This document shows positions 58,851 through 64,000 of a stretch of DNA of 64,000 nt, one piece after another. Below the pieces are notes generated by a model. The model ran no database searches and was not told where the DNA came from. It was given only the letters and a program-made list of their open reading frames with translations. Position 1 is the first letter of the stretch, and every line of letters starts with the position of its first letter. Made by a program: the position numbers and the translations under genes. This DNA is from a virus. Where the stretch lies: positions 21,106-85,105 of the IMG/VR virus record IMGVR_UViG_3300028197_001229; one strand, 5' to 3'.

Positions 58851-58880
58851 AAACCCCTAGTGACAGTAGGGGTTTTTTTT
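58851..58880. terminator. Terminator between convergent genes
   Basis: aaaccccta...taggggtttttttt. Confidence 0.75.
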
Positions 58881-59121
58881 ACTTATAGCTCATAGTTTCT
58901 ATTTGTAATCTTTTAAGCCTTATTCTTTCTTTTAACAGCTCTACTGTAAAGAAGTTCCATGCGTCCTTATCTTCATTAGCTACAGCCGTCATTATTTCCC
59001 TTTCGTAAACCTTTATCCAATTTATTTCGGATTGTTTATGAGTTTTCTTATTTATTTGTTTTGCTTTTATATTACAACCATGGGTCAGCATACTTATTAT
59101 TATAATTATTACATATTTCAT
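58879..59121 (-). CDS. Small putative lipoprotein
   Basis: 'MKYVIIIIISMLTHGC' signal/lipobox-like N-terminus. Confidence 0.5.
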   Translation of the reverse strand: MKYVIIIIISMLTHGCNIKAKQINKKTHKQSEINWIKVYEREIMTAVANEDKDAWNFFTVELLKERIRLKRLQIETMSYK

Positions 59122-59187
59122 ATTTGTGGTATGTTATAATATAGCTGAGGTATCAAATGCTGGCAATCATGCAATTCTAGGGGTTTT

Positions 59188-59205
59188 TGTGTTATTAATA
59201 TTTAG
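59188..59205 (+). promoter_or_regulatory. Variant of the recurring motif (TGTGTTATTAATATTTAG)
   Basis: Near match upstream of ATG 59238. Confidence 0.4.
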
Positions 59206-59237
59206 TCCACACTAATAACAATTAAAACAAACTTATT

Positions 59238-59582
59238 ATGAAAACTCACAACATAACAATCGTAGTGTGCTTGATCGCTTTATGCTACATCGGTATAAGT
59301 CGGGTAACTGGACCTCAATACGTAGGTTACAAGATCCAGCCACTTTATAAGGAAACTGCCTGTTCATACATGACCAGAGCAAATTCTATTATAATGAACA
59401 ATTTAGATCTGGAAACTGAGGACAAAACTATTCTCAGAGAAAGATATGAAATAGTTAAAAAGGTAAAGAAACTGGTCGGGATATATTCGCCCAGTAACCT
59501 TGGTATAAGTCAGAAACTTCCAATTGATGAAGTAACTGAACTACACCGAAAATCAATACTAATAAAAGAGAGGATAAAATAA
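59238..59582 (+). CDS. Hypothetical membrane-anchored protein
   Basis: 114 aa with an N-terminal hydrophobic helix. Confidence 0.55.
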   Translation: MKTHNITIVVCLIALCYIGISRVTGPQYVGYKIQPLYKETACSYMTRANSIIMNNLDLETEDKTILRERYEIVKKVKKLVGIYSPSNLGISQKLPIDEVTELHRKSILIKERIK

Positions 59583-59781
59583 TGTTCCATAACATCCCAT
59601 ATAAACTTGAAAATTACATACCACAAATGGCGGATGTGCAGTTTTGCACGTGTTCGACATTTCAGTTAGAGCGGAGAAGGCAATTGACTACCAATAACGG
59701 TTTACCCGATGCTCTACTAGGCATGTGCTTATAACAGTACAAAAAAGAAATCTCATATTTGAGGTTTCTTTTATATATGGG

Positions 59782-60030
59782 ATGTCTATACTTACACACA
59801 TGAACCACCAAGATAGAATTTTTTTAGGTTGTATTGCAACAGCCATAAGTGAGAAGACTTACTTAGAATTTGTTAAGATGTTATCAACTAACAATTTAGA
59901 ACACCTCATACACCCAAAAGATGTACAGTTCATGAATGATGCATGCGAGTTGTATGTTAACAGGAAAGCGACTAAGACGTTGCATGAGTTAGGTTCTATG
60001 TTACAGAATCACACTGATATCGCTGACTAG
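59782..60030 (+). CDS. Hypothetical protein
   Basis: ATG 59782 (or 59800). Confidence 0.5.
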   Translation: MSILTHMNHQDRIFLGCIATAISEKTYLEFVKMLSTNNLEHLIHPKDVQFMNDACELYVNRKATKTLHELGSMLQNHTDIAD

Positions 60031-60075
60031 ATTTATTAGTTGACGCATACGGTTACTAACCTTAGAAACAAGCTT

Positions 60076-60252
60076 ATGAGTAATAACCAATTAGCAAAAT
60101 TATCGCTAACAGTATTGATAACAATGTTCAGTATAGGTTTCTATTCTGGGTTTACACAGACAAACTTGTCAGGATTAATAACTATAGGTAGTTTAATATC
60201 CTGTATAGTACAAGTATTCTGTATTACTAGATTGTGGAAGTCTAAAGAATAA
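60076..60252 (+). CDS. Small two-TM membrane protein
   Basis: Two hydrophobic helices; ATG 60076. Confidence 0.5.
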   Translation: MSNNQLAKLSLTVLITMFSIGFYSGFTQTNLSGLITIGSLISCIVQVFCITRLWKSKE

Positions 60253-60302
60253 ATTTATTAAATAACATGGGCCACTATTGCCCGGTTGTTTGAGTTGGAA
60301 AG

Positions 60303-60337
60303 AAAGCTCATCTCGCATCTGAGGTGAGCTTTTTTTT
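60303..60337 (+). terminator. Rho-independent terminator
   Basis: aaagctcatctc-gcatct-gaggtgagcttttttt. Confidence 0.8.
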
Positions 60338-60371
60338 ACTTATGAGCTCCTGTGTGACTGACTTTTATTGT

Positions 60372-60400
60372 TTGACGAAAATCTATATATTTGGCACAAT
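60372..60400 (+). promoter_or_regulatory. Sigma70-like promoter
   Basis: TTGACG-N17-CACAAT with TGn extension; the spacer contains TATATATTTGG, half of the phage motif. Confidence 0.45.
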
Positions 60401-60492
60401 TAGTGTTATGACGGTGGATTGACCGTTAATGTTACTACATAAGAATAGCGTACTTATGTCGCAGAAAAAATAACAATATAAAAATAAAGAAT

Positions 60493-61302
60493 ATGGCTAC
60501 AATAAAACTAATGCAACGCCCTGGTAAGGGTTTATTAAAAGCAAGAGGTACAACTACAGGCATGTATATTACCTCCAATATAAAACAAGATGGTAAAAAC
60601 TGGGGTCAAACGACTAATCAAACTAATTGGTTTGCCGGTGTTCCACGTGAATATATGAAAGGTTATCGTCTAGTATATAGGGCTATTACAATACCAACAG
60701 CTAATGTTAGCGCTCACTATACTAACCATATGGGTTCAGCCGGTGGAATGAAAGCTAATGCCGCAGATATGGTATTTACAACGCCACACTTTATAACCAG
60801 GAAAGAAAGTTATACTTTGTCTCCTAATGGTTCAGTTAGTCGAACTGGTAGTTACACTTACGGTTTTAAACAGGGAACCAGTAGTATTGCTTCTAGTAGT
60901 GGTTTTGACTACGGATTAAGCGATGGACAAAATGGATATAATACATGGGATGATTCTTCCAATGGTTTAGACGATGGAGCACTAAGTGCACCACAAGCAC
61001 CTAGTAGGCTTGATATGTCAGGAGACAGTCGCAAATTACAACGTGTTGTTGAGATTTGGACTAATGACCTATTTCACGGAGGTTACTTGAGTGACGTTAT
61101 GTGTGATTCAGCTGAACAAGACTGGAAATTCGGGCGATACAGTACTACTAATACATCACAAAACTGGCACCTAAAAGGTTCCTATATATTCAATACATCT
61201 CGTAGAACTGGTAGAAAAGTTACCTATGAAGATGGTAGTACAGTCAACAATACATTCGATGGAACTGCTGAAGATGGAACTGGTTCAGTAAATCCTGGTT
61301 AA
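60493..61302 (+). CDS. Probable virion (decoration/fibre) protein, paralog 1
   Basis: G/T/S/N-rich; shares motifs with the next gene. Confidence 0.55.
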   Translation: MATIKLMQRPGKGLLKARGTTTGMYITSNIKQDGKNWGQTTNQTNWFAGVPREYMKGYRLVYRAITIPTANVSAHYTNHMGSAGGMKANAADMVFTTPHFITRKESYTLSPNGSVSRTGSYTYGFKQGTSSIASSSGFDYGLSDGQNGYNTWDDSSNGLDDGALSAPQAPSRLDMSGDSRKLQRVVEIWTNDLFHGGYLSDVMCDSAEQDWKFGRYSTTNTSQNWHLKGSYIFNTSRRTGRKVTYEDGSTVNNTFDGTAEDGTGSVNPG

Positions 61303-61338
61303 TATATCATACACACTAAACTATTTAAAAAATAAATT

Positions 61339-62295
61339 ATGGCACATACAAAAATTATACATAAGAGAGTAACAAGTAATGGAAATGGTACAACTCAGTA
61401 CGCTGTTAAAGAATTAACTGAAGCTCCTAACGGAGATTCTGGAAGATGGTGGAAGAACATGGGTGCTGGTGGACTTACTTGGTCTAGTAACTTTCCAGAT
61501 GCTGCTTTGGCAGAAAATTTAACTAATTACAGGTTGAAGAAACGCGTAGTTGTTAAAACAAATGTAACGGCAGGTAACTACAGAGCTACTAAAACATGTA
61601 CCTTTGGTTATACAGCCGGTGGTACTGGTACTGAAGCTAAGGCTTATAAGTCCTTAGACATGACTGCTGAAGCACCTAGACCGGACATGGGTAACGTTAC
61701 TAACGACCAAACCTGGGAAGACTATTCTGGAAACTTAGTAAATGTAAAAGAGGTATGGGAAAAGCTTTACCAAGGTGACCCACATGGTAGTGGAGCTAAG
61801 GATTTAAACGATGTTCTTAGGACAGATATGTGTTTAGATTCTGACGCAGAGTTTTATCATGGTAACGATACTGTGTTCACACCACCTGCTAATTCATCCA
61901 CTTATAATTTTGCCGAAGTGGAGGCTATGATGCTTACCGCGATGCGTCAGATCTACTCTCCAGTTCCCGGGTTCCCAGAGGATGGTGACGACAGTATTAC
62001 AGTGCAAGGTAATAATAATGGTTACATTCCTGAACAGAACGGAAACGTTACATTTACAGGGTCATCCGGAGCTAATCTAACTGAAGAGATTTACGCCTTG
62101 ATATTTAGCGATACTCCTGGTTCGTCTTCGTATACAAGTAATAGTACTTACATGCTAAAGGTTCGTGAGGAAACATTTACTCATAACGGTACAACAGAAA
62201 CGAAAAAAGGGTTGTTTGCATATGATGCCAATTCTAGTCTAAGTGGACCAATATTTATCTTTGCCGAGCCTGGTGCTGATGGTACTTATCTTTGA
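61339..62295 (+). CDS. Probable virion protein, paralog 2
   Basis: G/T/N-rich; shares motifs with the previous gene. Confidence 0.55.
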   Translation: MAHTKIIHKRVTSNGNGTTQYAVKELTEAPNGDSGRWWKNMGAGGLTWSSNFPDAALAENLTNYRLKKRVVVKTNVTAGNYRATKTCTFGYTAGGTGTEAKAYKSLDMTAEAPRPDMGNVTNDQTWEDYSGNLVNVKEVWEKLYQGDPHGSGAKDLNDVLRTDMCLDSDAEFYHGNDTVFTPPANSSTYNFAEVEAMMLTAMRQIYSPVPGFPEDGDDSITVQGNNNGYIPEQNGNVTFTGSSGANLTEEIYALIFSDTPGSSSYTSNSTYMLKVREETFTHNGTTETKKGLFAYDANSSLSGPIFIFAEPGADGTYL

Positions 62296-62300
62296 TAATA

Positions 62301-63695
62301 ATGAAAAAAGAACCAGAACTTAGTTTACCAAAATACGAGGTTAACGAAACTGTTTCTTCCCTCAGTCAGAAAATTGACTGGGGGTTGAAGCAACTTAACG
62401 TACCCGATACTTGGAAAGTAACCAGGGGTGAAGGTATAACTGTTATGGTTATAGATACTGGACACCCGAATCATCCCGATTTAAATGATAACACTAAACC
62501 CGGTAGAAACTTTATTGATGGTGAATCTATGTTCGATGATAATGGTCATCAGACTCACTGTACTGGGATAATATGTGCACAGGACAATGCACACGGTATG
62601 GTTGGTGTAGCTCCTGAGTCTAACTGTTTATCTGTTAAGGCGTTATCACGTAGTGGTAGTGGTTCTTATGCAGGTTTGGCAGCAGCATTAGACTACGCGA
62701 TTGAAGTTCAGCCTGATTTAGTATCTATGAGTTTAGGTGGTTCAATGCCTAGTACTGAAATGGAGTCTAGGATTAAAAAACTATACGCTATGAACATACC
62801 CGTCATATGTGCTGCTGGTAACACAGGAGAAGGTGGTGTTAACTGGCCTGCTGCTTATGACGAGACTATTGCTGTCGCAGCTTACGACAAGTTTGGAGAA
62901 ATTGCTTATTTTTCATCTAGAGGAGACACTGTTGAATGGGCAGCCCCGGGAGTTGATATTTACAGTACTTATCTAAATGGTACTTATGCTTCATTGAGTG
63001 GCACATCTATGGCTTGTCCGTTCATAGCTGGTGTTATAGCACTAATGTTGTCTAAACATAAGAAACAAGAAGAAGCTACTGGTATGAACGACTGTAAGAC
63101 GGTTGAAGACATACGGAATCACCTGTTAAAGTATACTAAGGATAAGGGTGAGTCGGGTAAGGATAATTCTTGGGGATATGGTACCATAGACGTTAAAGGT
63201 CTTATACTAAATGATCCTGTTGAGGAAGAAGATCCTTTTACTCCACCACAGCCTGAACCAGAGCCTGAAGAAGATCCTGAAGAAGATCCTTTTACTCCAC
63301 CACAACCTGAACCAGAGCCTGAACCAGAGCCTGAACCAGATCCCAAATGCCCCTTACCTAATCCGTGCCCTGAAGCGCCTTGTCCAGATTACCCTAATTG
63401 TAAGCCTGAACCAGAGCCTGAAAAGCCTAATGAGGATTGTCCGTTTCAGGATCCATGCCCATGGCCTAATCCGTGTCCACCATGCCCTGAATATCCAGAA
63501 AAAATTGAACCTCCTAAAAAGGATAAGAATAAACTGTATATGATCCTGGGTATAGGTTTTGTAGTCGTCTCCGCTCTTATAATCTATATGTTTACTACTG
63601 AGGATTCATTTGAGATACCAAACCCGCCATACATTGATGAGAACGGAAATGTAAATTGGGACGATAAGTACGAACATGATAGATCCGGGAAATAA
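62301..63695 (+). CDS. Subtilisin-like serine protease (S8) with Pro/Glu/Cys linker and C-terminal TM anchor
   Basis: Catalytic triad 'VIDTG' (D), 'NGHQTHCTG' (H), 'SGTSMACP' (S); oxyanion 'AAGN'; TM 'MILGIGFVVVSALIIYMF'. Confidence 0.92.
   Translation: MKKEPELSLPKYEVNETVSSLSQKIDWGLKQLNVPDTWKVTRGEGITVMVIDTGHPNHPDLNDNTKPGRNFIDGESMFDDNGHQTHCTGIICAQDNAHGMVGVAPESNCLSVKALSRSGSGSYAGLAAALDYAIEVQPDLVSMSLGGSMPSTEMESRIKKLYAMNIPVICAAGNTGEGGVNWPAAYDETIAVAAYDKFGEIAYFSSRGDTVEWAAPGVDIYSTYLNGTYASLSGTSMACPFIAGVIALMLSKHKKQEEATGMNDCKTVEDIRNHLLKYTKDKGESGKDNSWGYGTIDVKGLILNDPVEEEDPFTPPQPEPEPEEDPEEDPFTPPQPEPEPEPEPEPDPKCPLPNPCPEAPCPDYPNCKPEPEPEKPNEDCPFQDPCPWPNPCPPCPEYPEKIEPPKKDKNKLYMILGIGFVVVSALIIYMFTTEDSFEIPNPPYIDENGNVNWDDKYEHDRSGK
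63225..63339 (+). repeat. Duplicated EEDPFTPPQPEPEPE block and PE-coding repeats
   Basis: gaagaagatccttttactccaccaca(g/a)cctgaaccagagcctgaa twice, plus a (cctgaaccagag)n run. Confidence 0.85.
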
Positions 63696-64000
63696 GTGTT
63701 TATTTGTACATGTACCTAAGTCAGCAGGTACTTTTATAGAGCATACCTTGATGGGTAACCGCTCATCTTACACTTTGGACCTTAAAGATACGTATACAAT
63801 GTACACATCCCGGGACAAGGGTTGTAACGCCATAGATTTTACGTGTAAGAAATCAGGTAAATATCATATGCCAGCTAAACACTGGTCTAATTCTGTATAC
63901 AAGCAATATATGCATCCTGGTATGTATAAAAACTTTTACAAGTTTACATTTGTAAGAAATCCATGGGTTAGGATGCATTCTTTGTATAATTACATGAAGT
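63676..64000 (+). CDS. Sulfotransferase family 2 protein (3'-truncated by the window; not in ORF track)
   Basis: 5'-PSB motif 'LFVHVPKSAGT' and 3'-PB motif 'FTFVRNPWVRMHSLY'. Confidence 0.85.
   Translation, partial: MIDPGNKCLFVHVPKSAGTFIEHTLMGNRSSYTLDLKDTYTMYTSRDKGCNAIDFTCKKSGKYHMPAKHWSNSVYKQYMHPGMYKNFYKFTFVRNPWVRMHSLYNYMK

Noticed and set aside
63119-63543. GS-repeat (minus strand) and 'NQSL'-repeat ORFs
   Set aside because: Frame shadows of the PE-repeat stalk of the subtilisin

Overview
An AT-rich, densely coded segment of a large tailed dsDNA phage (jumbo-phage-like) using the standard genetic code. In order it contains: (i) virion/head genes and a minus-strand terminase large subunit (1-10.2 kb); (ii) a replication/recombination block with SbcD/Mre11, SbcC/Rad50, an SF2 helicase, a DnaB-like helicase, a TOPRIM primase, a family-A DNA polymerase with an N-terminal UDG-like domain, a putative SSB, RecA and RecQ (11-31 kb); (iii) a portal gene and a cluster of glycine-zipper proteins rich in K-x-A motifs (33-43 kb); (iv) an accessory region with HD, TcmP-like, BRO-N, WGR, NUDIX, HTH, pyrimidine-dimer glycosylase and UDP-glucuronate decarboxylase genes plus two tRNAs (43-60 kb); (v) two paralogous probable virion proteins, a tail-anchored subtilisin and a truncated sulfotransferase (60-64 kb). 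The most notable observations are a stand-alone RAMP/Cas7-like gene translationally coupled between sbcC and the SF2 helicase with no CRISPR array, a ~550-nt highly structured non-coding RNA with its own promoter and terminator (51.2-51.75 kb), a non-coding tract of hairpins and ~10-bp-periodic TGATA repeats (54.3-54.55 kb), and a recurring intergenic motif YGTGTTATATATAWTTGR. All calls come from motif reading by eye; no searches were run.
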